IMG/VR virus record: IMGVR_UViG_3300031857_000025
Origin: a virus
Length of the DNA: 64,000 nucleotides
Direction: 5' to 3' (one strand)
In this document: piece by piece, positions 10,364 to 19,387 of the stretch
How positions within the stretch are numbered: the stretch's first letter is position 1
How the letters are laid out: every line of letters begins with the position of its first letter
Made by a program: the position numbers and the translations under genes
Notes under the pieces: generated by a model
The model's database searches: none
Told to the model about the DNA's origin: nothing
The model's input: only the letters and a program-made list of their open reading frames with translations

Positions 10364-12505
10364 ATGGCAGAAAAAATTGTATCGCCTGGTGTATTTACCA
10401 ATGAAGTCGATCAATCATTTTTACCTTCACGTATTGCCGCAATTGGAGCCGCTGTTATCGGTCCTACACAAAAAGGACCAGCCGGTATTCCTACTACAGT
10501 AAGTAGCTATTCAGAATTTTTACAAACATTTGGTGGCGTATTTACTAGTGGTTCTGGCGCAAGTGAACAATCATATAAATATTTAACAAATTACGCAGCA
10601 CAAGAGTATTTGAAATATGCAGATACATTAACTGTAGTACGTGTATTAGCTGGGGCATTTAGTCCGGCAACATCTACTGCTACTACTGCTGTAGCATCAG
10701 GATTAACTTTTTCATCCGGGTCGTTAACATTAGTTAGTAACATAGAAAATGAAACATTCCGTATTGCACAAGGAACAAATACAATTAAATTTATTGCACA
10801 AACAAGTCCAAATGTTGATGCATCAAACGGTTTAACTAATTTTTTCCAATTAGGTGCAAACATTACAGCTACGGTTGGTAATCTAGTAACTGAAATTAAT
10901 AGTAATACTGTATTATCTGGTATAGTAGCAAGTAACACTGCAGGAACATTAATTTTGTCTGGTTCTAGTGCTGGTACTGGTCCAAATGGTGTTACATTTG
11001 CAACAGCATCAGGATTATCACCTCAGTCATTTGGTAGTACACTTAATACTAATTTCTTTACAATGGGCGGAGGTACTAATACTACTACATCCGAAAACGT
11101 ATTTACATTAACAACATTATCAGACGGGTCTGACCAAAATAGTGGTGGTGGAACTGAGGGCGTAAATAATATATTACCTAATGGTACTTCTAATAATATA
11201 CGTTGGGAAGTTACTAGTAAAAGCAATGCTAAAGGTACATTTAATTTAATTTTACGTCGCGGTGATGATACTAGCAATCGTAAAGTTATTTTAGAACAAT
11301 ATAATAATTTAACATTAGATCCAAATTCACCAAATTATATAGCTCGTGTAATTGGAGATCAGTCATATACAATAGTCGATGGTGGTGGTCTAGATCCATT
11401 CTTGCAATTGTCAGGATCATTTGGTAATCGTTCTAAATATGTTCGTGTAACTGTACATAAAAATACTATTAATTATTTAGATGCAAATGGTAATGTACGT
11501 GTAGGATCTGCAAGTGGTAGTCTTCCAGCAATTGCATCTGGATCATTTACTGGTGGTAGTAATGGTAATGAAACGCATCCAAAAGCATTTTATGAAACTA
11601 TTGAAAACACAAATACTCAAGGATTTAATTTAGCAAATGCTAATGACGGTAAAAATGCTTATATTGATGCTATTCGTTTATTAAAGAATCAAGATGAATA
11701 TGATATCAACTTATTAACATTACCAGGATTAGTTGATAACTTTACAAGTCATGCTACTGTATTAACTGAAGCCGTTAACATGTGTGAAAGTCGTGGAGAT
11801 TGTTTCTTAGTATATGACCCGGTTGAATTTGCTCAAACTATCGGTCAAGCTGTTACTAAAGCAGAATCTCGTGATACTAATTATGCTGCAATGTATTGGC
11901 CATGGATCAAAATTCCAGATGCTGATCTAGGTAAAAATGTTTGGGTTCCAGCATCTACTGTTATCCCAGGCGTATATGCATTTAATGACAGAGTAGCTGC
12001 TCCATGGTTTGCACCAGCAGGTTTAAATCGTGGCGGTATTGATATCGCTGTACAAACTGAACGTAAATTGACTCATGCTAATCGTGATACTTTATATGAA
12101 GCTGCTGTAAACCCAATTGCAACCTTCCCAAATAGTGGAGTAGTTGTATTTGGTCAAAAGACTCTTCAAAAGAAAGCATCTGCATTGGATCGTGTAAATG
12201 TACGTAGATTATTAATCGCTGCTAAGAAGTTTATTGCATCAACTACTAAGTATTTGGTATTTGAAAATAATACGGCAGCAACCCGTAACAGATTCTTAAG
12301 CATTGCAAATCCATATTTTGAAAACATTCAGCAACGTCAAGGATTATATGCATTTAAAGTAGTAATGGATGAAACCACTAATACTCCAGATGTAATTGAC
12401 CGTAATGAAATGCGTGGACAAATATTCTTGCAACCTGCTAAGACTGCTGAATTTATCATTGTAGACTTTAATATTATGCCAACTGGTGCTTCTTTCCCAG
12501 AATAG
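10364..12505 (+). CDS. Contractile tail sheath protein (T4 gp18-like)
   Basis: N-terminal SPGVFTNEVD and IGPTQKGP. C-terminal PWFAPAGLNRG, VNPI, GQKT, DRVNVRRLL and PAKTAEFI. SD AAGGAG. Confidence 0.95.
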   Translation: MAEKIVSPGVFTNEVDQSFLPSRIAAIGAAVIGPTQKGPAGIPTTVSSYSEFLQTFGGVFTSGSGASEQSYKYLTNYAAQEYLKYADTLTVVRVLAGAFSPATSTATTAVASGLTFSSGSLTLVSNIENETFRIAQGTNTIKFIAQTSPNVDASNGLTNFFQLGANITATVGNLVTEINSNTVLSGIVASNTAGTLILSGSSAGTGPNGVTFATASGLSPQSFGSTLNTNFFTMGGGTNTTTSENVFTLTTLSDGSDQNSGGGTEGVNNILPNGTSNNIRWEVTSKSNAKGTFNLILRRGDDTSNRKVILEQYNNLTLDPNSPNYIARVIGDQSYTIVDGGGLDPFLQLSGSFGNRSKYVRVTVHKNTINYLDANGNVRVGSASGSLPAIASGSFTGGSNGNETHPKAFYETIENTNTQGFNLANANDGKNAYIDAIRLLKNQDEYDINLLTLPGLVDNFTSHATVLTEAVNMCESRGDCFLVYDPVEFAQTIGQAVTKAESRDTNYAAMYWPWIKIPDADLGKNVWVPASTVIPGVYAFNDRVAAPWFAPAGLNRGGIDIAVQTERKLTHANRDTLYEAAVNPIATFPNSGVVVFGQKTLQKKASALDRVNVRRLLIAAKKFIASTTKYLVFENNTAATRNRFLSIANPYFENIQQRQGLYAFKVVMDETTNTPDVIDRNEMRGQIFLQPAKTAEFIIVDFNIMPTGASFPE

Positions 12506-12544
12506 TAGTTGAGTAATATTTATTAGAAATAGGAGAATAAAAAA

Positions 12545-13033
12545 ATGGCAGAATTATTATCACCGAATGAGATTTTTTATACAGCATATGAGCCTAAAAT
12601 GGCTAATAGATTTATTATGTATGTGGAAGGTATTCCATCATATTTAATTAAAGCTGCATCTCGACCAAGCATTGACCAAGGTGAAGTCATTTTAGATCAT
12701 ATCAACGTTGAGCGTAAATTGAAAGGAAAGTCAAGATGGCAGGACGTAACTATTACTTTATATGATCCAGTTGTTCCATCAGGAGCACAGGCTGTAATGG
12801 AATGGGTACGTTTACATCATGAATCAGTAACTGGCCGCGATGGTTATTCTGATTTTTATAAGAAAGACATCACTTTCAATAGTTTAGGTCCAGTAGGAGA
12901 TAAAGTTGAAGAATGGACTCTGAAAGGAGCATTTATTAGTTCAGCAACTTTTGGAGACATGGATTGGGCTACTGAAGATCCAGTAACTATTGAGCTTACT
13001 TTGAAATACGATTACGCGATATTGCAATTCTAA
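12545..13033 (+). CDS. Tail tube protein (T4 gp19-like)
   Basis: Follows the sheath gene; W.DVTITLYD...EWV...WTLKGAF...LTLKYD pattern; SD AGGAG. Confidence 0.88.
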   Translation: MAELLSPNEIFYTAYEPKMANRFIMYVEGIPSYLIKAASRPSIDQGEVILDHINVERKLKGKSRWQDVTITLYDPVVPSGAQAVMEWVRLHHESVTGRDGYSDFYKKDITFNSLGPVGDKVEEWTLKGAFISSATFGDMDWATEDPVTIELTLKYDYAILQF

Positions 13034-13050
13034 TTGCATTTATATATTAT

Positions 13051-13079
13051 GTAAAGTCCCACTCCGGTGGGATTTTTAC
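13051..13079 (+). terminator. Rho-independent terminator after the tail tube gene
   Basis: GTAAAGTCCCAC-TCCG-GTGGGATTTTTAC hairpin with T tract. Confidence 0.75.
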
Positions 13080-13099
13080 TATCCGAATATTTATATAAA

Positions 13100-13357
13100 A
13101 TGAAAAAGAACGTAGATCCGATAGAACATTACGGTACTCAAATTAATGAGTCATTAGGAACAATAATAGGTGTTAGTTTAGCAGCTATATTATATGGCAG
13201 AAAATTATTTGATGCAATTAAAGCTGTACGTAAAGAATTTAAAGATGATCCTGAAATAGAAGCTGCTACGGCAGATCTTCTCGCTCAAGCAGAACGCGTT
13301 AAAGATACAGCCGAACGAAAAGCTACAGAAAAGAAGAAACGTCATACAAAAAAATAA
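13100..13357 (+). CDS. Small hypothetical protein (paralog of 14507..14752)
   Basis: ATG 13100 follows the ATATTTATA motif; the track start at 13067 lies inside the terminator. Shares QIN(x2)E(S/G)L and KDDPE with the ORF at 14507. Confidence 0.6.
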   Translation: MKKNVDPIEHYGTQINESLGTIIGVSLAAILYGRKLFDAIKAVRKEFKDDPEIEAATADLLAQAERVKDTAERKATEKKKRHTKK

Positions 13358-13399
13358 GTTTTAATATTTATAATAAATAAAGTTATATAAAAGGAAAAT

Positions 13400-14272
13400 A
13401 TGCCAACAGTTAACGATCAGTATCCAACCAAACCTCAACACCAAATGACAGATGAAGAATTGAAGATGGCCGCAATTGCCCAATATACCAATTCCAATCC
13501 AAGTGTACCAACAGCTGCTAAATCTACATTCCCTACAGAAATAGTAGAACTACCTAGCCGTGGATTAGTATATCCAGAAGGTCATCCATTAGCTGATGGT
13601 AAAATTGAAATGAAATACATGACGGCTAAAGAAGAAGATATTCTTACCAATCAAAGTTATATCAAGCAAGGTGTAGTATTGGATAAACTATTTCAATCGT
13701 TAATTGTAACGCCTGTTGATTATGATGATTTATTAATTGGTGATAAAAATGCCATAATGGTAGCAGCTCGTATTTTAGGTTACGGTAAAGATTATGAAAC
13801 TGAAATAACAACACCTATGGGCGCTACTCAAAAAGTATCAATTGATTTAACTAAATTATCAGATAAAGAAATTGATGAGACATTGTATACCAGAGGTAAT
13901 CCTGAATTTGAATTTGCATTACCAGCTAGTAAGCGTACAGTAGTATTACAGCTAGTAACTAATCGCATACAAAAGAAAATTGAAACGGAACTTAAGGGTT
14001 TAGCTAAACTCAAGCAACAAGATGCCACATTGACTACCATGCTTAAACATGTTATAGTTGCTTTGGATGGTGAACGTGATCAAAGTAAAATACGTAAATT
14101 TGTTGATTCCGAATTATTAGCTATTGATTCTCGTGCCATACGTAACTATCTTAAAACAGTTACTCCTGATATTGACTTGTCATATGATTTTGTTGATGAG
14201 GAGGATGGAGAGCCCTTTCGTCGTACGTTTACCATCGGACTGGACTTTTTTTGGCCTGACACAAAATTATAA
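13400..14272 (+). CDS. Tail/baseplate-hub assembly chaperone (T4 gp26-like)
   Basis: VELPSRGLVY...MTAKEEDIL...DLLIGDKNAIMVAAR...YG; ends DFFWP; lies between tube and tape measure. Confidence 0.75.
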   Translation: MPTVNDQYPTKPQHQMTDEELKMAAIAQYTNSNPSVPTAAKSTFPTEIVELPSRGLVYPEGHPLADGKIEMKYMTAKEEDILTNQSYIKQGVVLDKLFQSLIVTPVDYDDLLIGDKNAIMVAARILGYGKDYETEITTPMGATQKVSIDLTKLSDKEIDETLYTRGNPEFEFALPASKRTVVLQLVTNRIQKKIETELKGLAKLKQQDATLTTMLKHVIVALDGERDQSKIRKFVDSELLAIDSRAIRNYLKTVTPDIDLSYDFVDEEDGEPFRRTFTIGLDFFWPDTKL

Positions 14273-14477
14273 AGTTCATTTACATGATCAAGTATTTGAC
14301 TTGATATATCATGGAAAAGGTTTCACTTATCAAGATGTATATAATATGCCTGTATATCTACGGCATTTCTATGTAAGAAAAATACAACATATATATTCTG
14401 AAGAAAAGAAGGCACATGAAAAGGCCATGCGTGATGCTAAATCTAAACAAAGCAAAAAACCTAACATTAGACGTTAA
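14247..14477 (+). CDS. gp51-like chaperone extension, probably expressed by frameshift from the upstream ORF
   Basis: FFGLTQ...LIYHGKGFTYQDVYNMPVYLRHFY. No credible start of its own; overlaps the upstream ORF at a T7 run (14246-14252). Confidence 0.6.
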   Translation, partial: FFGLTQNYKVHLHDQVFDLIYHGKGFTYQDVYNMPVYLRHFYVRKIQHIYSEEKKAHEKAMRDAKSKQSKKPNIRR

Positions 14478-14506
14478 TAGATATTTATTAGAAATATAGG
14501 ATATCT

Positions 14507-14752
14507 ATGAACAAGTTAGAACAAAAGGCTTTACGACAAATTAATCTCAATGAAGGATTAATATCACTGCTAGCTAAATTTTTTCTTGGTGGTAAGTTTC
14601 GAGATGGAATGCGCGAACTAGAAAAAATGAAAAAAGATGACCCAGAACTAAAAGCTGGACTTGCAAGTTTTTATCAAAACTATAAAATGATAAAAAATGA
14701 TATTGATAATATTTGTGCAAAATATCCAAATTTACCGAACTGTAAAAAATAA
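14507..14752 (+). CDS. Small hypothetical protein (paralog of 13100..13357)
   Basis: LNEGL...KKDDPEL; has its own ATATTTATT motif at 14481. Confidence 0.6.
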   Translation: MNKLEQKALRQINLNEGLISLLAKFFLGGKFRDGMRELEKMKKDDPELKAGLASFYQNYKMIKNDIDNICAKYPNLPNCKK

Positions 14753-14754
14753 GT

Positions 14755-17085
14755 ATGACAAATCAGGGACAGTCAATATCAGATGACCAACGTAAACTAT
14801 TAACAGATTTAGGAAAGCTTAGTAGAGAACTAGGCCTGAATGAAGAAAATGTACGAAAAATACGTAAAGAAATTCTGACACTTACTATACAAAATATAGA
14901 TGCGTTAAAACGAGAAGTTGATCAGTTATATGGTATTCAAGAGATTGAAGCAGATCGTCTAGATGCGATTAACGAAATAGTCGGTTTAGAAAAAGAAATG
15001 ATCAAGCCGTTAACGAAAATAGCAACGCTTACAGATAAGTCATATGAATTAGAAAAAAAGAAATTACAGCAACTTAAAGAACAAGTTCCGGAAATGGAAG
15101 ATGCTGTTAATAATTTATTAAAACAATTAGAAACTGTAAATAAAATTAGTAAAAATCCGATAGCAAAAATTGGTTTTAGTGCAGCTGCGAGTAGTTTAGA
15201 TTCAATGCAAAAAAGTCTAGACGACTTTATGAAATCAGTACCAGGCGGTGAAATGTTATCTGATGCATTGGGTCTAGATACATTATCAGAAAAAATGCAA
15301 AATGCTATTTTATCGGGTGGTAAATTAGGTATGTTAGGCGTAGTAGCTGCTGTTGGTATTTTATATAAAGTACTATCAGATGTAACAAAAGAAGCTGAAG
15401 AGTTTTCAAAAGAAACTGGAGTAACCTTTGGCCAAGCTCGACAAATAGCAGATGCAGCGCGTGATGCTCAAACTAGTTATGGTAATCAATTAGCATTGCA
15501 AAAAGATATTTTAGATGTACAACAAGAAACTATAAAGGCATTTGGTACTACTGCTATGTTAACAGGTCAGCAAGCTGCTAATGTAGCCGACCTAGGAAAG
15601 TCTTTTGGATATGGAGCACAACAAGCAGCTCAAGTTAATAATGCATTTATGACCATGGGGGCATCGGCGGGTGATGCATATGAAGCGCAACAGAGCTTAG
15701 CTGCTGAAGCTCTTAAGGCAGGTGTTAATGTAGGTGCTGTTACAAAAGATATTAGCGAAAATGCCTCTGCTACATCTAAATATTTCGGTGGTAATGTTAC
15801 GGCATTAAAAAATGCTGCTATTGAAGCTGCGAAGATGGGAATGAGTTTAAGTACCATGTCTAAGGTAGCTGATAAACTTTTAGATATAGAATCGAGTTTA
15901 TCAGCACAATTCGAATTTCAGGCATTATCTGGCAGGCAAATTGATTTAGATATGGCCCGTCAGTTAGCATTACAAGGAGATATAGCCGGCGCATCCAAAG
16001 AAGTTTTATCGGCCGTTGGTAGTGCAGCTGAATTTAATCAGTTAAGTGTATTAGAGAAAAAGAAACTAGCTGAAGCAACTGGTATGGAAGTAGATGAACT
16101 TCAAAAGTCATTAGTAATACAGGAAAAGTTAGGCGACTTAACAGATGACCAAAAAGCTGCAATGTCCGGTTTAAATTTATCAGCAGCAGAACTTAATAAT
16201 CTATCAGCTGAACAAATAAAACAAAAATTAGCTGATCAGCAAGCGTTACAGAAAAATGAAGCAGCGTTTGAGTCGATAAAAAATCAATTAATGGCAGCAT
16301 TAATACCATTAGCAGAAATTGTAGGTACTGTACTATCAGTACTAACTCCTGCATTTAAGACTATAGGATTTATAATACAAGCAGCGTTTTGGCCGATTAC
16401 GACAGCTATACAGGGATTTAAAGAAATATATAATTTACTAACAGGCGGCGGTGAAAAGTTATCGTTTTGGGGAACTACTATGGCTACATTAGCAGTTACA
16501 TTAGGCGTAATAAAAGGTTATCAAATTATAATCGCAAATCAAGCTGCACTCGCCGCAGGATATGCTCAGTTAAAAGCATTCTGGGAAAATAATACAGTAA
16601 AGTCAATGATTGCCCAAGGAGCTCAAGCACTTAAAAACGTAGGGTTAGCAATTGCAGAAGCTGTCGCAAAAGTAACTGGTATGTCAGCCGCAACATTAGG
16701 TGTCGCAGCTGGTATCGCGTTAACGGCTGGGGCAGCTGCATATGCATTTTTAAGTCCTAAATCTACTGGTGACTTAGCAATGGGCGCTAATAATGGGCCT
16801 ATTGTAGCTAATCCTCGTGAAGGTACTATATTCCAAGGCACATCAAACGATGAAGTAGCAATGGGGCCTGGTGTTATTGGTATGGCTCAACAATCAGGTA
16901 CTGGTACTCAAACAGTTGTTAATAATGGTGGTAGTACTGATATGACCGAAACTAATAACTTATTACGTCAGTTATTAGGTAAGCAATCTGTCGCAGTTAT
17001 TAATTGGGGTGATCGTGATACAACTCAAGTAGCAAATGCAGTAGCGGCTGATAGAACAACTCGCGCAACTTATAATGGACGATAA
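14755..17085 (+). CDS. Tape measure protein
   Basis: 776 aa, helical and Ala/Leu/Gln-rich, with hydrophobic C-terminal stretches; downstream of tube and chaperones. Confidence 0.85.
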   Translation: MTNQGQSISDDQRKLLTDLGKLSRELGLNEENVRKIRKEILTLTIQNIDALKREVDQLYGIQEIEADRLDAINEIVGLEKEMIKPLTKIATLTDKSYELEKKKLQQLKEQVPEMEDAVNNLLKQLETVNKISKNPIAKIGFSAAASSLDSMQKSLDDFMKSVPGGEMLSDALGLDTLSEKMQNAILSGGKLGMLGVVAAVGILYKVLSDVTKEAEEFSKETGVTFGQARQIADAARDAQTSYGNQLALQKDILDVQQETIKAFGTTAMLTGQQAANVADLGKSFGYGAQQAAQVNNAFMTMGASAGDAYEAQQSLAAEALKAGVNVGAVTKDISENASATSKYFGGNVTALKNAAIEAAKMGMSLSTMSKVADKLLDIESSLSAQFEFQALSGRQIDLDMARQLALQGDIAGASKEVLSAVGSAAEFNQLSVLEKKKLAEATGMEVDELQKSLVIQEKLGDLTDDQKAAMSGLNLSAAELNNLSAEQIKQKLADQQALQKNEAAFESIKNQLMAALIPLAEIVGTVLSVLTPAFKTIGFIIQAAFWPITTAIQGFKEIYNLLTGGGEKLSFWGTTMATLAVTLGVIKGYQIIIANQAALAAGYAQLKAFWENNTVKSMIAQGAQALKNVGLAIAEAVAKVTGMSAATLGVAAGIALTAGAAAYAFLSPKSTGDLAMGANNGPIVANPREGTIFQGTSNDEVAMGPGVIGMAQQSGTGTQTVVNNGGSTDMTETNNLLRQLLGKQSVAVINWGDRDTTQVANAVAADRTTRATYNGR

Positions 17086-17087
17086 TT

Positions 17088-19088
17088 ATGGCATTAAGTG
17101 AATTAACATCTAACTTATCATGGTATGGCACTAATGCCGGATTTCAAGCTCAACAATCAGTTGAACAAACAAGATTTAATTATGATCTGGGTGATTTAAC
17201 TAGTGCTGTTGCTCCTCGAGGATTTGATAATGCTGGATTTCAAAGTAATGCCTTTATACCAAAAGTATCTAGTAATGCATTTAATATATTTGATTATGGT
17301 ACTGCAACTCGACGTAGTCAATTAGGTACAGGTACAAAATTTCCAATTGGACCAAAAGGTGAGACTCATGAGTTTGATATTAAACGTACTGGATTTCATG
17401 ACGGTAATCGGTATGAAACTGTATTTAATGCTAAATCTAATAGTGGATTAGCTAATACATATACTACATCATCTCCTATAGATGACATGTACAATAAATT
17501 CAAAGTACGTGATGAAGCATATGATCCATTCGGATATGCAAAACCGCCGTTCATATTAAGAGGTATTCAGCAAGATGATTCATCTAAACCACAGCGTTGG
17601 GGATTCGGTGATACTACTGCAGGTGTAATATCTTCATTACTAGATATTCCTCGAGGAGGTCCTTTAGTAATGGGCGATCGTATTTTGAATGATGCAGTTC
17701 GTTTAGGTAAAATGTTGATACGACCTCAAGGTCTTGCATTTATAGCTAAACAACAATTACTACATTTAATGTCGCCTAATACAGAAGGTGTTAACGGACT
17801 TATAAATAAAAATGTAGCTACAAATCAAAAATTAAGTAGTCCTGCTAATACATTAGCATCAGCATTAGGAAGTCCATTGGGATTGCGATTTAAAAAACAT
17901 GGACTACTACCAGTCGATGATGAAACATCAAAATATAGTGATATACATAGATTACGTAAAATACGTGCAGCTGCCCAAGCCGATTTTGATGTTGAACAGA
18001 ACCGTTTAGTTTTATTATTAGGTACTCGTAAAGACGGTGTGACACCATACTGGACTCCGTTATCAGGACCATTAGGACCTGACTCTGTCGGAGGTATCGG
18101 AGAAACTAAGTTTAGTAAACGTTTTGAATATGATACATATAAATTAGGAACAGAACTATTTCGCGATACTGATACCAGTCGTGGTCGTACATTTTCTACT
18201 CAGTATGGTTATATTGCTCCGTATACAGATGGCACTGAAAGTCAGACAGATCCTACCATAGTTGATGAACGTGAAGGTGATAACGGTTCGTTGACAAGTC
18301 CATATGGTAAAAATTCATTACGTAAACGTATTGAAACTGATACTAATTTTACTGCAATACCACAACGTGAAATTAAGCAAGCGGCTAGCAATCAAACACG
18401 TCAGCAAGGTGATATCGTTGATACTGCTACTTATAAAACATTGGCATATGGTAATATACCAAAAGCAAAAAATCGTACACATTCAAATACTATAACAAAA
18501 ATTATAGATCCGACTATGGACGGTGCAGGGTATCAAGCAAAAGATACTCCAATTGCTAAAAAGTTGTTAACATATACAACAACGCAGATCTCTGGACAAA
18601 AAGATACAACTCGAATCACTGAAACAAATAAAAATTATATTACTTTAAAAATAGGTAATGTAGTATTGTATGCATATTTAAGTAGTCTAAATTTTAGTAA
18701 TCAGTTTTCAACGAATGAACTTAAAGGGGCTATGGAAGCATATGCAGAAAAAACATATAGTTCCCATGAGCGTGGAATTGGTTTAGGTTTTATGATAGCA
18801 GCAAAATCTCCGACAGAATTAGAAGATAACTGGAAAAAAATAAAAAGATTACAACAGCTATCATCGCCGGTATATACTAATAATGTTATCTTCCCTACAC
18901 GTACAACATTAACAGTAGGCAGTATTGTACGGTCAATGCCAGTATTTATGGATAGTATATCGTTTGATATTGATAATGAATCGCCATGGGAAATAACACC
19001 TAATTATCAGTATCCATATTATATTACAGTGGATTGTGAGTTTTCAATAATACCGTCAAGTGCAACATCATTGCCAGTAATAGGATAA
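17088..19088 (+). CDS. Baseplate / tube-initiator-like protein
   Basis: Follows the tape measure. C-terminal R.I.LGF.IAA.S..EL...P....LTVG...SISF...SPWEI resembles tube-initiator domains. Confidence 0.55.
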   Translation: MALSELTSNLSWYGTNAGFQAQQSVEQTRFNYDLGDLTSAVAPRGFDNAGFQSNAFIPKVSSNAFNIFDYGTATRRSQLGTGTKFPIGPKGETHEFDIKRTGFHDGNRYETVFNAKSNSGLANTYTTSSPIDDMYNKFKVRDEAYDPFGYAKPPFILRGIQQDDSSKPQRWGFGDTTAGVISSLLDIPRGGPLVMGDRILNDAVRLGKMLIRPQGLAFIAKQQLLHLMSPNTEGVNGLINKNVATNQKLSSPANTLASALGSPLGLRFKKHGLLPVDDETSKYSDIHRLRKIRAAAQADFDVEQNRLVLLLGTRKDGVTPYWTPLSGPLGPDSVGGIGETKFSKRFEYDTYKLGTELFRDTDTSRGRTFSTQYGYIAPYTDGTESQTDPTIVDEREGDNGSLTSPYGKNSLRKRIETDTNFTAIPQREIKQAASNQTRQQGDIVDTATYKTLAYGNIPKAKNRTHSNTITKIIDPTMDGAGYQAKDTPIAKKLLTYTTTQISGQKDTTRITETNKNYITLKIGNVVLYAYLSSLNFSNQFSTNELKGAMEAYAEKTYSSHERGIGLGFMIAAKSPTELEDNWKKIKRLQQLSSPVYTNNVIFPTRTTLTVGSIVRSMPVFMDSISFDIDNESPWEITPNYQYPYYITVDCEFSIIPSSATSLPVIG

Positions 19089-19093
19089 TAACT

Positions 19094-19381
19094 ATGGATA
19101 GATATAGATACAGTAAAACAGAGTCAAATAAATTTAAAACTAGCCGATTACCATCATTGCCAGTTACATCAACTGATTTGTATATATTTTCACGTGAAGG
19201 TGATCGTTTGGATTTAATGGCAAATACGTTTTATAACGATCCTCATTTATGGTGGATTATTGCCGATGCGAATAATCTTGGTAAAGGATCACTAATAATA
19301 CCACCAGGTTTACAGATACGTATACCAAACCCAATAACAGATTTACGTGTGTATTTAGAACAAATAGAAGCTGATAGATAA
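19094..19381 (+). CDS. LysM-like baseplate wedge protein (gp53 / tail-X-like)
   Basis: EGDRLDLMANTFYNDPHLWWIIADANN...PPGLQIRIP. Confidence 0.85.
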   Translation: MDRYRYSKTESNKFKTSRLPSLPVTSTDLYIFSREGDRLDLMANTFYNDPHLWWIIADANNLGKGSLIIPPGLQIRIPNPITDLRVYLEQIEADR

Positions 19382-19387
19382 TAAGTT

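Noticed and set aside
14124-14246. N-terminal part of track ORF 14124..14477 as real coding sequence
   Set aside because: It uses a non-ATG start deep inside the gp26-like gene and reads as off-frame sequence. Only the part after the T7 run looks protein-like.
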